Assembly: GCF_009914755.1 (NCBI RefSeq)
Contig: NC_060926.1
Source of the DNA: the human T2T-CHM13v2.0 reference genome, Homo sapiens
Strand: one strand, 5' to 3'
Length of the DNA stretch: 64,000 nt
A program made the position numbers and the translations under genes. The notes under the pieces are model-generated. The model searched no databases, was not told the origin of the DNA, and worked only from the letters and a program-made list of their open reading frames with translations. This document shows positions 1 to 13,929 of the stretch, piece after piece (positions within the stretch are counted from its first letter, which is position 1; the number at the start of each line of letters is the position of its first letter).

Positions 1-115
1 AGTCCTGATAGACTCATCTACTCATCAAGCTGGACTTGTCTGAATCATTCTTTGGTCTCTTAGCTCCTTCCCAGTTTGCAGGGGGATGTTACAGTTCCAA
101 GTTTTTCTTGTAGCA
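1..115 (+). mobile_element. Probable 3' end of an ERV1-type LTR, cut by the window edge
   Basis: ctcatcaagctggacttgtctgaatcattctttggtctc...ttttcttgtagca resembles an LTR U5 end. Family not determined. Confidence 0.35.
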
Positions 116-155
116 TTGCTTTGAAACAAGGAAACTGCTGTTCAGTTTCAGAAGG

Positions 156-918
156 TATTATGAGTTGAGTTGTGTCTCCCCACCAAAAAATATGTGGGAG
201 TCCTAACTGTCAGTACCTCAGAATGTGAACTGAAACAGGGTTTTTATAGAGGTAATCAATGTAAAGATGAGGTCATTAGCTGGGCCTAATACAATAAGAC
301 GGATGTTTTTATAAAAAGGGTAAATTTGGGCCGGGTGCGGTGGTTCATGCCTGTAATCCCAGCACTTTGGGAGGCCGAGGTAGGCAGATCACTTGAGGTC
401 AGGAGTTTGAGACCAGCTTGGCCAGCATAGTGAAACCCTGTCTCTACTAAAAATACAAAAATTAGCTGGGCGTGGTGGTGGGTGCCTGTAATCCCAGCTA
501 CTTGGGAGCCTGAGGCAGGACAATCACTTGAATTTGGGAGGCAAATGTTGCAGTAAGCCAAGATCTCACCACTGTACTTCAGCCGAGGCAACAGAGCAAG
601 ACTTCGTTTCCAAAAAAAAAAAAAAGGGGGGGGGGTAGATTTGGACGTGGACACATAAACAAGGAGAAACCACATGAAAATATAGGCAAATATTGGGATG
701 ATGTATCTATAAGCCAAGGAATGCCAAAGATTGCCAGCAAACCACAAGAAACCAGGACAGAGGCGTGGAACAAATTCTCCCTCAGTCCTTGGAAGGAATC
801 AACTCTGCCAACACCTTGATCTTGGACTTTTAGCTTCCAGAACTGTAAGGAAATTAATTTATGTTGTATAAGCCACCCAGTTTGTGGTACTTTATGGCAG
901 CCCTAGAAAACTAATACA
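156..918 (+). mobile_element. MaLR solo LTR (MLT1B/C-like), interrupted by an Alu
   Basis: Typical MLT1 motifs (agccaaggaatgccaaagattgccagcaaacc; ggcagccctagaaaactaataca). 5-bp TSD GAAGG at 151-155 and 919-923. Confidence 0.85.
329..625 (+). mobile_element. AluS element
   Basis: Full dimeric Alu with poly(A). TSD-like flanks aaaaagggtaaatttg / aaaaaggg...gtagatttg, with a G-run expansion in the second copy. Confidence 0.95.
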
Positions 919-992
919 GAAGGTAAAGTGGCTTAAGAAAATTGCCCACTCAACTAATGAAAATGACTATGTGGCAGAAATGCATTGGTGGA

Positions 993-2143
<1,151 letters not shown>

Positions 2144-2176
2144 AACTTCCATGTTTAAAAAACAAAAACAAAAAAA

Positions 2177-2489
<313 letters not shown>

Positions 2490-3424
2490 TCAAAAAAAGC
2501 AGCTGAGGATCATTCCACTACCAGCCATGCATATTTACACTTATGTGCATTGTTTTGCTTTTTCTCTAGCTTGCAGACTACGTATAAGTGCAGGTATTAG
2601 AAGTCTCTTTAAGAATCCATTTATCTGTGCTCAATTCCCTGTCAGGAATATAATGGCTGACATGCTAATATATTAACTGCTGTCTCACTATAAACATGTT
2701 ATGCTAAACAAGTATAACAGAACTTCCAAAGGGGGATGGGAAAAACAAAAACAAACAAACAAAAAACCTCTCTCCACATCAAAATGTGCCTGGTAAAATC
2801 TTTCTTTTGCTACTTTAGAACTGTCAGTCTGCATTCATAATACCCCTTAACAAAGTATTTTTTAGGGGATTGAGCCTTGGAAAATCACAAGCCACTATAA
2901 AATGTTTACCATGTAGTCAGCTACAAAAAGCAGGTAAAGTGTCCAATGTCGTGGGCCCATTCCATGACCTGTCAATATTTGGGGCTCTGGAAGATTCACA
3001 GCTAACATGATGCATAATTGCTTGTACCCCTAAAGCTTTTACTGGTACCTTAGATGATTTCACATTTCTAGAAGTCAGCGAGTCACTGAAATAGTATCAG
3101 AGGGATAACTGTAGATAAGGCTGACACCCTGGTGAAGGCAAAGAGGAGGCAGAATGGCACCGTAAGGGAGCGTGAGCCTGCGAGTAGTTATTCAAGTTTA
3201 AGCCTTAGCTCTACCAGTAACAAGCTATGTGTGATGCAGGCAAGAAGCTTCCTTCTCTCTGGGCCCAGCTTTCTTCATATGTGGACAGACATGACTGGGG
3301 CACAGGATTTCTTAAATTTGTGACTTCTGTCGGAATGTTCTAACTCTAAGTGAAGCTGTCAGGTATTATGATGCCCTTTATTTTCAAGACCCAAGAAATG
3401 AAAAAAAAAAATTAAGAGCTTAGT

Positions 3425-3540
3425 CAGCCTGGCTCACACTTGTAGTCCCAGATACTTGTTAGGCTGAGGAGGGAGTATAGTTTGAGGACAGGAGTTTGAG
3501 ACCAGCCTGGGCAATAGAGCAAGACCCCAGCTCAAGAAAA
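3425..3540 (+). mobile_element. Alu monomer (FLAM-like)
   Basis: ggctcacacttgtagtcccag...ggagtttgagaccagcctgggcaatagagcaagacccc, ending after one arm. Confidence 0.7.
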
Positions 3541-5499
3541 CCTTTTTTTAAAAGACCTTGGTTTGACTCAATAATTGTACTTTTCCATCCCTTCTTTAAT
3601 TCACAAATATTTGTTGGGTGTCTATTTGTTTGGTTTAGTCTCTATTCAGGTTAGGAAAACTTGATTACTATGTGAACAACCCACATTGTCTCCAAAGTTC
3701 GCTCCAACTGTGTTGGTAATTGAGATTGTGGATAGGAAATCATCTGTCTAGCTTCAGCTACATTTAAGTGGGACTCCAGAAAGACTACTTGAAGATAAAC
3801 AGGTTTATGGTGCAGCGTGTACATTTTGCAATTATTTCTTTTTCTCTTGTTTCAGCTAAAACTGAATATCATGATGTTTCATGCTCCTTTTAGTTAAAGG
3901 GAGAGTTTCACTAGCTCATATTCTCTATTTCCTAAGGCTTTATATATTGGTTTCATTGTAAATATCAATAATTTCTGGTACTCCATTTGGGTGCTATAAT
4001 ACAAATAATTCTTGCTTACATAGTTTGTAATATAAGCAACTAAAAAAGCAAGTATCGACCAAGACATACTTGAAAATATTGTTGCAAGCTAGCAATATAA
4101 TATAAGCAACTAAATATAATATATTTAGCAATATATAAGTAACTAATATAAGCAACTAAAAAAGCAAATATAATATAATATAATATTTGTAATATAAGCA
4201 ACTAAAAAAGCAAATATCGACCCAGACATACTTGAAAATATTGTTGCAAGCTAGAATTGCAAGAATAATGTAGAAGTTAAAGAAGTTATTCATTTAGGAT
4301 TGCAGCAGAGACAATGAGCTTAATGTCATCACTACAGAACAGTATTTCACTAGCATCTGCTTACTTTGGCCATTTGATGGAGTTTAGAATTGTACTTTTT
4401 ATTTGTTGACTTTTCAGAAAAATTAGCATAGCTGCAAAATATAGGCTTCACTTTGGAGTTGTAGACTTTTGTGTCTTTAATTTTGTGGCAACATTTTTAC
4501 AAAAACTATCGTAGACTGGTTTTTATGACTTTTGTTAGTAGTAAAAAAAGCATTCTCTGGCAGCTATACAGCGTAAATAGTAGCAAAAGAGGCATATGGA
4601 GGAAAGAAATTCTTTAAGAAATCATCAGATGGATCTAGGGCATTTAATGGGTCAAGAAAAAATTAAGAGAACACTTTTACTCTGTTTTTTTTTCTTGCTT
4701 GTGTGTTTATTGACTTTCTAATTCAACTCTCCTCCTGTGATACCCAATGGCATAAGTACTTATAAAGTTTACCATAAAAGCTGAACATATACTTAATTTT
4801 TAAGCCCTTGGCTCTTCTCCAGACACCCTTCCAAATCACAGAGCTCTAAGGCTGTTATGTCTCGCCCCTGTTCAATCAAAGAGAAGCATTTTTCTCAGCC
4901 ATTTCCCCAATTTTTACCCAAATTATTCATTCACATCCCCAAAGGCATTTGGCAACAGAGAAATGTGATGTTCCCTCACATTAACCCATTTTAAAAACAC
5001 TTAAGGAGACAACGTGAAGTCGCCTAATCCCCATATCAGTGCTGCCGACTAATGACAACTCTCTGGGTTCTTGCTTTAGAAGAGAAAACATTTGGTTCAT
5101 TTTGTGAAGGAAACAAACCAAGACCTTACCTTCTCTGCATTGCCTTTTATTCTTTGAAGCTTGCAGGGACCAACAGCGAGGGTGCTTTGTTAAAAGAGAG
5201 GAGAAAGATGGCTCTAGGATTGAGCAAAAGAATTTCATTTCTCACTGGGGAAACCAGACACACCTTCCTGACTATGGACAATCTACCCTGGGCTAAATGT
5301 AAACATGTTTATTTCAAAAGAAATTAAACTTTAAAAAGCTCTTTATACTCTTCCTATATTCGTGGCATATATACCCCAAAACCTGACACCCAGCTCAAAT
5401 GAGGGAGATTTCTGGTGTAAAATAATGTCTTGAAACCCTCTGTCCGCAGACAGAGTCAAGAGACCTCAGTATCCCGCCTTGGTTTTTGTGTGGAGACAA

Positions 5500-5750
5500 T
5501 GTAACAGAGGGAAGGAGGACCTGGGTGTTATCATAGCCACTGGTTTGGGCTCTTGCTCTACCACCTCCTCACTTTGGGAGGTGGTAGAGCATATGGGTAA
5601 CTCATATGGGAAGTTACCCAATGGGAGGTAACTCATATGGGAAGTTACCCAATAAGCTAATGAGGGCTATTGTGAGGATTAAGTGCAATCTTGCTTGTAC
5701 AGTGCCTGGCAAGGAGTGAGCATTCAGTAAATGGTAGCTATTGTTATTTA
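5500..5750 (+). mobile_element. MIR, with its core replaced by fold-back/duplicated sequence
   Basis: MIR 3' motifs (gggctattgtgaggattaa; cagtgcctggca...cattcagtaaatggtagctattgttatt). Confidence 0.6.
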
Positions 5751-6919
5751 TTGTGAAAGACTTTACATCCAGAAGGGTTTTTAGGGGAATTTTCAGCATT
5801 TCTGTAAAGATTTCCCTCCATTTGGCTCAGAGGGACGTGATGCCCTCAGAGTCCTGTGTTTTCTCATTCTATCATCTCTCTCTCGTTTGCTCAAAAATCT
5901 CATATCATACCACAAATAGCCATTTGGTTTCCAGGAAAGATGGAAAGGAAATGATTTCATTAAGCTTCTCTAGCTCTATAGAGTGTGAATAACTATAACG
6001 ATCACAAAATTTTAAGCCTGAGCTCTTTAATACACCACTGCTTATGCCAACCCCACAGCCTCTCACCATCATCCCAAAGCTGTTTGGTTCAGGTCTGTGA
6101 TTGTATTTGAGGACACTACACAATGATGTGTTGACTCTGAAAACAGCTTGACCATCAACAATCTAACAATCATAAAATAGCCATAAAATGGTGTTTGTGT
6201 GGGCTGTAATATTGGTATTATTCATGGTGGCCAAATAAATTGTGGAAGTGCCACAGTGTTGGGCAGTGACATCTGGATAGCTAATCAGCTGGACCAGCCT
6301 GTAGAGAGCTGCATGAGAAACTGAATCATTCTTTTTAGATGAAGCAAATCGAATAAGCATTTCAGTCTCCTGGCAAGAGACACATGGAGCAATCCAGGAA
6401 ATCAAATGCTCATCCCCATTGCCATTTACTCCTTTAAATAAGTTCCTGCTGGGCACATTTTGGGACATAGACTTACATATACTTGGCCAACAGATGTTAT
6501 TGATTTAAGGGAGGCGGTCATTGATCTAAACAAGCTTTTCTTGGAGGGATTTTTAAAAGATCATCTCAGCAACTAAAGATTAAAATGTAAACACGGTTTT
6601 ACCATTCCCATCTCTCCAGGCTGAATCCTATTCTGCTGCCTTAGGCTTTCCCACTCTGGCTTCCACCCAGGATTTCCATGGTGCCTGAAGTGGTCTGTGT
6701 TCCAAAATATCCTACATCCCTCAGACATTCTCATTCTCGTCAGGAAGCTGGTCTCTACTAGAGAGTGGAAGGCAGTGATTACCTTAAATGGATTCACAAT
6801 AATGTGTTAGTAACTGACAGTCTTTAGCACCAGTACCATAGTATTTGTATTTTAAAAGAAACATCCATTAAGTCAAATAAACCCATAATTGATTAAATTT
6901 GAGGCTACACGAAAAGGAG

Positions 6920-7261
6920 TGTATTAGTCCGTCTTTACAGTGCTGATAAAGACATACCCGAGACTGGGAAGCAAAAGAGGTTTAATTAGACTTACAGTTC
7001 CACATGGCTGGGGAGGCCTCAGAAGGTGAAGGGCACTTCTTACCTGGCGGCAGCAAGAGAAAATGAGGAGGACGCAAAAGCGGAACCTCCTGATAAACCC
7101 ATCAGATCTCATGAGACTTGTTCACTATCACGAGAATAGCATGGGAAAGACCGGCCCCCCATGATTCAATTACCTCCCCCTGGGCCCCTCCCACAACATA
7201 CAGGAATTCTGGGAGCTACAATTCAAGTTGAGATTTGGGTGGCGATACAGCCAAACTGTCG
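6920..7261 (-). mobile_element. THE1 (C/D-like) MaLR solo LTR
   Basis: tgtattagtcc...gctgataaagacatacccgagactggg...catgattcaattacctccc...gagatttgggtgg...cagccaaac, the reverse complement of the THE1 consensus. Confidence 0.9.
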
Positions 7262-7302
7262 CTGTTGTTTCACAGCTTTCCCTGTGTTTTTACTTAAGAA
7301 AT

Positions 7303-7780
7303 TATTCATTTATTCATCAGTAAGTATTTACTCAGAGCCTGTAATATCCTTGTTACTGTTCTGGGAGCTTGCATACCTCAGTTGACAAAACAAAGGTCTC
7401 TAACCCTGGGGAGCAGCATGAAACAATATATATCAGACATAATCTAAGTAAATTTTATAGACTTTTAAAGACAGTGGTAAGCGCTTTGGCAAAAGAAAAA
7501 GAAGCAGAGTAAGGAGATCGAGAGTACTGGGTAGGTGGGTTGAAGGTTAGAATTTTAAATATAGAATTCAGGGAGGCCACATTGAAGAAGTAATATGTGT
7601 GCAGCGTCTTGAAGAAGGAGAGGTAATTAGCTAAGGAGATCTGGAAGAAGCCTGTCTCTGAAGAAACCATGAAAGCAGTGCTTGGTGTGTTAGAGAAACA
7701 GCAAGGAGGCCAGCACAGCTGGCGTGCAGAAGCACAGAGGAGGAGCGAGGCCATGGTGGTGACCGAGAGCCAGGGCACTT
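7303..7780 (-). mobile_element. L2 3' fragment
   Basis: attcatttattcatcagtaagtattt (L2 tail, reversed), followed by purine-rich L2 body motifs. Confidence 0.55.
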
Positions 7781-8917
7781 CAGGATCCTCAGCTCTCCAC
7801 CCCACTTCCAGCACAGCGAAGGGGTCTTCGGCAGAAAACAAGGAGCGAAAGGGGACACAGGATTCGACTTACATGCAAGAGCTTTTTAGAGGCTACAGAT
7901 GGATTGTGTTTTCTCAAAGTCAGCACAAGGTACGATGCTCCATATTCAAATAAGAAAAGGAAGTTGAAAAATTGTTGAAAAACCTACACTGCCATTGTCA
8001 TGTGTTCTGAGCTAGGTGGACAACATATTTGAAGAAAACGTTATTTTGGAGAGGGCTTGGCTCTCCTTCAACCTGGATGGACCCGGGGCAAAGGGTTCCT
8101 TGGAGGCTGAATGAATACAGAATCTCAGCCTCAAACGTCTTCAGCACAGGAATGTAGAGAAAGTTCCCTGGCTCAGTCATTGTGGAAAAAATAATCATTT
8201 CTTTGCAGCTAAGGACTTCAAGGTGATTTGCTAAAACTTTAAGTTTATGCATCCAATATCTGCTTGTATACTCAGGTGTTTTTTCCAGAGCAGGTGTCTC
8301 TGGGATAACATTCTGGGGATTATCATACATTTAACATATTCTCTCTATGATTAAAAGCTTCAGAAACACGACCTCTGGCTCCACTCAGAAAGCTGTCTGA
8401 TCTCATATTTGCATGATCTTTCTCCTTTAACAGAAAGGGAATTTCTTTCTGTGCAGAGCGTAAGAAATACAAGGCTGAGGGTTAGAAGCATGAGTTCCCA
8501 GGAAGACTGCCAGGAGATTAGATCGGATGATCTCTGAAATCCTGTGATCTTTTCAAAATTATGTTTAATGACTCTAAATTTGAGGGAATTAGTATAAATC
8601 AGCCATGACAATAATTAATTAATTCAACATTTATTACATAACTGTAAGCTAAGTGGTATGTGTATGGTTGTGGATAAAATAAACATGAGGTTCTTGTGTT
8701 TTCACAAGTGCCAACCTCAAATGGTCAAGGCTGTCTGGATTGCTGTAATGAAAAATACTCAGTCTCAATGAGGATTAGAACTGTGATTGATTAGCCATGT
8801 CTGCCATGAGCAAATGCAGTCTCCTTGAACAAATGGAGCATAGACAATGGTAACACTCTTCTTAAAAGGCAACACTGAGCTGCTTTCTGAAACTCAGAGG
8901 ACCCTACCTGTATTACC

Positions 8918-9341
8918 TGTATTAGTCAGGGTTCTCTTAGAGGGACAGAACTAATAGGAATATATATATTATTAAGTATTAACTTACACATTCACAAGTT
9001 CCCACAATAGGCTGTCTGCAAGCTGAGGAGCAAGGAGAGCCAGTCTGAGTTCCCAAACTGAAGAACTTGGAATCCTATGTTTGAGAGCAGGAAGCATCCA
9101 GCATGGGAGAAAGATGTAGGCTGGGAGGCTAGGCCTGTCTCCCTCTTTCATGTTTTTCTGCCTGTTTTATAGTCGCTGGCAGCTGATTAGATTGATCCAC
9201 CAGATTAAGGGTGGATCTGCCTTCCCTAGCCCACTGACTCAAATGTTAGTCTCTTTTGACAACACCCTCACAGACACACCCAGGATCATTACTTTGTATC
9301 CTTCAATCCAATCCAGTTGACACTCAGCATTAACCATCACA
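8918..9341 (-). mobile_element. MLT2A1-like (HERV-L) solo LTR
   Basis: tgtattagtcagggttctcttagagggacagaactaatagga...gttgacactcagcattaaccatcaca. TSD CTACC at 8904-8908 and 9342-9346, with a 9-bp duplication at the left end. Confidence 0.9.
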
Positions 9342-9376
9342 CTACCCAATAGAGTCCAGCATTATATCATTGTTTA

Positions 9377-9689
<313 letters not shown>

Positions 9690-10750
9690 TCAGAGGTAAT
9701 CCCCTTACGGTAGTGAGCATTATCCAGGTAATACTTAAAGTAGTTTAACCTTCTTCTTCTATACCATTCTGGTACCAAAAAGTTCAAGGAAAAATTGACT
9801 GATCCCTAAGATAGGTCTAGTCAAGGACAAATCAACTCTTTTTCTCTTTAACCCACAGTAAAGTATCATTCCATGTTTCACAGCTCCTGGCTGATCTTTT
9901 CAGCAATTTGCTGCTTAAAGTCTACTTATCTGTCAATCACTCTTAACTTCATTTTGCACAGCTGACTGGTGCTATCACAGCATTCCTTTTATTAATGCAT
10001 TTAATAGTTGTGGCTTTGAAAGGCTGCCAGCACAGAGGAACAGCTGCAAATATTACTACCCAGCCAGACTGTCCTTTTCTTGAGCTGCCTCCAACTACCA
10101 TTTGCAATTTTTATAGTCTGGATTCTCTGCTGGTCTGACTGTAATCATTGGTTTTCAACAATATATTTCTCTCGGTAGATTCTTTGTTTCTTACCAGTTG
10201 TATTATTGGATTTTCCAACAAATGTTAAATAAAGGTCCATACCACATTGTTTACCATTTCAAGCTTCATATGAAATAATTCCTATAAGAAGCTTACACTA
10301 TATTGGTGGATTGAAAGGCAATCAAATAGCATAATAAATAAGGGAAAATGGAGATTTAACTGGGAGACGATTTGGCGTGGTGGAAGACACATGTAAGTTC
10401 AAATTCCAGGACTGCCATTTACTGGCTGTGTGACCATGGATAAGTTACTTAAATTCTGTGAGTCTCATTTCCTTTAGCTGTAAATTGGACACAGGAATAC
10501 CTACTTTGCATAATTTAATAACAACAAAATGCATATGAAAAGCAACTGGAATATGGTAGGCACTCTGTGGTTACTATTTTTAGTAATGATAACTATCTTT
10601 TAATAGTTTTAATTAATCATTAACAATTCACAAAGGAAAATGCTAGAAATACTAGGAATATGCAGTTTCCAAGATTTGGGTTTTGACTTCAATCCTAGGA
10701 ATCAACAAGAACAATATGGCTGCTTTTATCCACATGTTCAGGGTAAGTGG

Positions 10751-12122
10751 TGTAAACTAAAAATAAAATTCTAAGTCCCCCAACTGACCGAACCAACCAT
10801 CTCTTGGCCAAGGGGATCCCAGAGTAACCTTAAAAACTGAATTCTTCGCCATAATGGTGTCAGAGGTGTTCAAACCAGAGCGACTCTATCTTGAATAGGA
10901 GCTGAATAAAATAAGGTTGAGATCACTGGGCTGCATTCCCAGGAGGTCAGACATTGTTAGTCACAGGATGGGAGAGGAGGTGGGTAAGGCCTGGTATCAC
11001 AAGATAAAGGTCACAAGAACCCTGCTGACAAAACGTGATGCAGTAAAGAAGCAGGCCAAAAACCACCAAACCCAAGATGGTGACAAAAGTGACCTCTGCT
11101 CATCCTCCCTGCTCATTATATCTAATTACAATAAATTAGCATGCTAAAAAGACACACCTACCAGAGCCATGACAATTTACAAATGCCGTGGCAATGCCAA
11201 GAAGTTACCCTATATGGTCTACAAGTGGAAGGAACCCTCAATTCCAGGAATCGCCTGCCCCCGTCCTGGAAAACTCATAAATAATCTACCCTTTGTTTAC
11301 CATATAATCAAGAAATAACTATGAGTATACTCAGTTGAGCAGCCCATACCACTGCTCTGCCTATGGAGTAGTCATTCTTTTATTCCTTTACTTTCTTAAT
11401 AAACTTGCTTTCACTTTACTTTATGGACTTGCCCCAAATTCTTTCTTGCATGAAGTACAAGAGCCCTCTCTTGGGATCTAGACTGGACTCTTTCCAGAAG
11501 CAACAGAATCGGGGGAGTAAGACACATCTTGTTGAACCCCATCCCTTGCTAACTAAGCTGATTAGCTTCGTTAATAGCTAAGAAAGCTATTGGGCTTTCT
11601 TCCCTAAGGGCTAAACAGAAACCAGACCTTTTCAAAAGACTCCTCCTCTGATACGACCCAACCACCTGACCCTGCCTCTCCTTTTTCGCCAGATGAGAGA
11701 CTACCAACCACTGAGTGGTCTTGGCCAGTCCACAGAGAATGTGCAGAAAGGGTTTCCACGTCTTCGGCTTCACCTTTTGACGTCAGAGGGGTGAAAACTT
11801 CACCCTCAGATCATGTTGAGGCTGCCATTCCTTGAATATGGGTCAAATGAAGGGGCACGAAGCTCAATTGCACATGCACCTATTTCTCCTCTTATAAATA
11901 TTCATAACTCCTCCTATAGCTTATTGAATATGTATATTTGGCCACCCTGTTGATTATAAATTCTTGTTCTCTTTGCCCCTCCCTTAAAGTGTCTGTTCCT
12001 GGCATCTGGCCAGAGGCTATGCTGCCTAGCCTGTGAGAAGGTCACCCTGCAGGCTGCAACCGTTTATGAGAAATAGAGCTCTCCTTTCCAAATTCATGAA
12101 CCTTATCTTTCTCCAGTTGAGA
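10751..12122 (+). mobile_element. MER4-family ERV1 solo LTR with a nested MER41
   Basis: Starts tgtaaactaaaaataaaattctaagtcccccaac and ends ctccagttgaga. 4-bp TSD GTGG at 10747-10750 and 12123-12126. Confidence 0.8.
10858..11505 (+). mobile_element. MER41 (MER41B-like) solo LTR
   Basis: Starts tgtcagaggtgttcaaaccagagcgactctatcttgaatagg, contains ctctgcctatggagtagtcattcttttattcctttactttcttaataaacttgc, and ends ...caaca. Confidence 0.88.
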
Positions 12123-13224
12123 GTGGGTAGGACTATTTGTCAGACTCTTTCCTCCTCACTTCTCGCTTCCTCAGTTATGCCCACTGTCTGTTCTGGCCAT
12201 TCATGCCCCGATTCACAGCCACACCCAAAAGAAGGGGAAAGCTCCAAGCAAGAGGGATGGTGCCACCAATAATATCCACAAAAGCAGCCCAGATCCTGAG
12301 AGAAGGCCTTAGGGCTATGCTCACCTGGAGCCTAGAGCTGTCTGCAGATTTCTGCAGGATGAAGATGAGGCTGTCTCTTTCTCTCCCCCTCCTCCTGCCC
12401 ACCAGCTTTCTTTAAGAGGCTCCAGGGGAAAAAGCAGAAAGCAATAAAGCCGCATTGTAGAGCAATGACCCTCCACCTCTTTGTAACTTCCAGTAGATTG
12501 TCCCTGACTCTCCCTGTACAATTCTTTGCTATAACAAAAGACCCTAATTAGCTGATTGGAATTTCTAAAGCCCTATTCACCAACAGCTCAACTGTTACAG
12601 CTGAATGGATGGACCAGTTCAGTCAAGCAGCAACCGGTTTACTCCTTCCTCTGCTCAATTAGGCCTCTAGAATGTTCATCTTGGAAAGGAAGTTAATAAT
12701 CAACTAATTAATCCCTCTCAATCTAAAAATGAGTACACCGAGGCTTAATGAAGTAAAATGGAACTTGAGTGAGGTCACACAGTCAGCAGCAAAGCTGCAG
12801 CAGAAGACCTTCGGGTTTTACATGTTACTACCACAGAATGTAATTGGTTTATTTTTATTTAAAAAATTTTAGTTGTATTTTTTAAGTCTATTTAAGATAA
12901 AGAATCACACTGAAATGGTCCCTTTTCATACAACTATTTCTTGTTCTTTGATCTTGGGAAAATTACTTACCTTTCTAGATTTGGAAGGCATATCACAAAA
13001 GGGACTGAAGAACATAAAAGCTAGTTATAATACAAATAACAAAATAAAAAGCAAGTGCAATGAAAAGCCTATGGCACGGTGGTGGAGTGACCAGCAATAA
13101 TCTTCAAGGCCTCTTCCAAGACTCTACCTAATTTTCTGCAAATAATTTTGTACCCAAAACGTTGAGTCTCTTACTCCAAAATGTATAAACTTTAGGCTCC
13201 ACAAAACCTGGATTTGCCCTTTGA

Positions 13225-13730
13225 AAGGCAGCACGGTATAGTGGAAATTCTCTCGAGTCAGACTGAATTAGGTTCAAATCCCCTCTGCCGTTTACTAGCT
13301 GGCTGACCTTGGAGAAGTTACTTACAATCTCTGTACGTCTATTTCCTCATCTATAAAATGCAGATAGTGAAACCAGTTTCCTAAAGTTGTTGGAAAGGCT
13401 TAAGAAAGGTAATGTAGGAAAAGCTTTTGGCTTAATGTCTGGCCCACAGCAAACCTGAAGTAAAGTGTGTCTTGTCTTATATTAGGAGGTTGTCTGATAT
13501 AATGATTAAGAGCATGGGCTTTGGAACCCCATAAACCTACATTCAAATTCCTGCTTCATATTGTAGTACTAATTTTGTTATCTTGGGCAGCTTAGTCTTT
13601 CCAAGACTTAGTTTTCTCCACTTTAAAATGGGAGTAATAACACTTAACTGACAGAGTTAAGATTAAATGAGATAGTATAATGTGCTTAGCAGAGTGACTG
13701 CTTTGGGCTGCAAGTAATAGCCAGAAAACA
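13225..13730 (+). mobile_element. Two tandem MIR elements
   Basis: MIR core motifs appear twice (ggttcaaatcc...ctggctgaccttggagaagtta...tttcctcatctataaaatg; gagcatgggctttgga...aaaatgggagtaataac). Confidence 0.7.
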
Positions 13731-13929
13731 TTCAAAATGGCTGAAAGCAGTGGCTTTCAAACTTTTTGGTACAACACACAGTAAGACATAGATCTTAATA
13801 CTGTTCCTTAGTGCACGTATCCACATTATCACAGAACTACTGTGGGACTCAAACTCAATAATGTATAGGACCAAGCTTCATACAATGCTCTAGAATGGGA
13901 AAATAGTGTGGTGGACCTGAATTCAGCCT

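Noticed and set aside
286-747. 153-aa ORF and other Alu-overlapping ORFs (2295, 9374, 16018, 22193, 24976, 49052, 61006)
   Set aside because: These are the typical translations of antisense Alu sequence, not genes.
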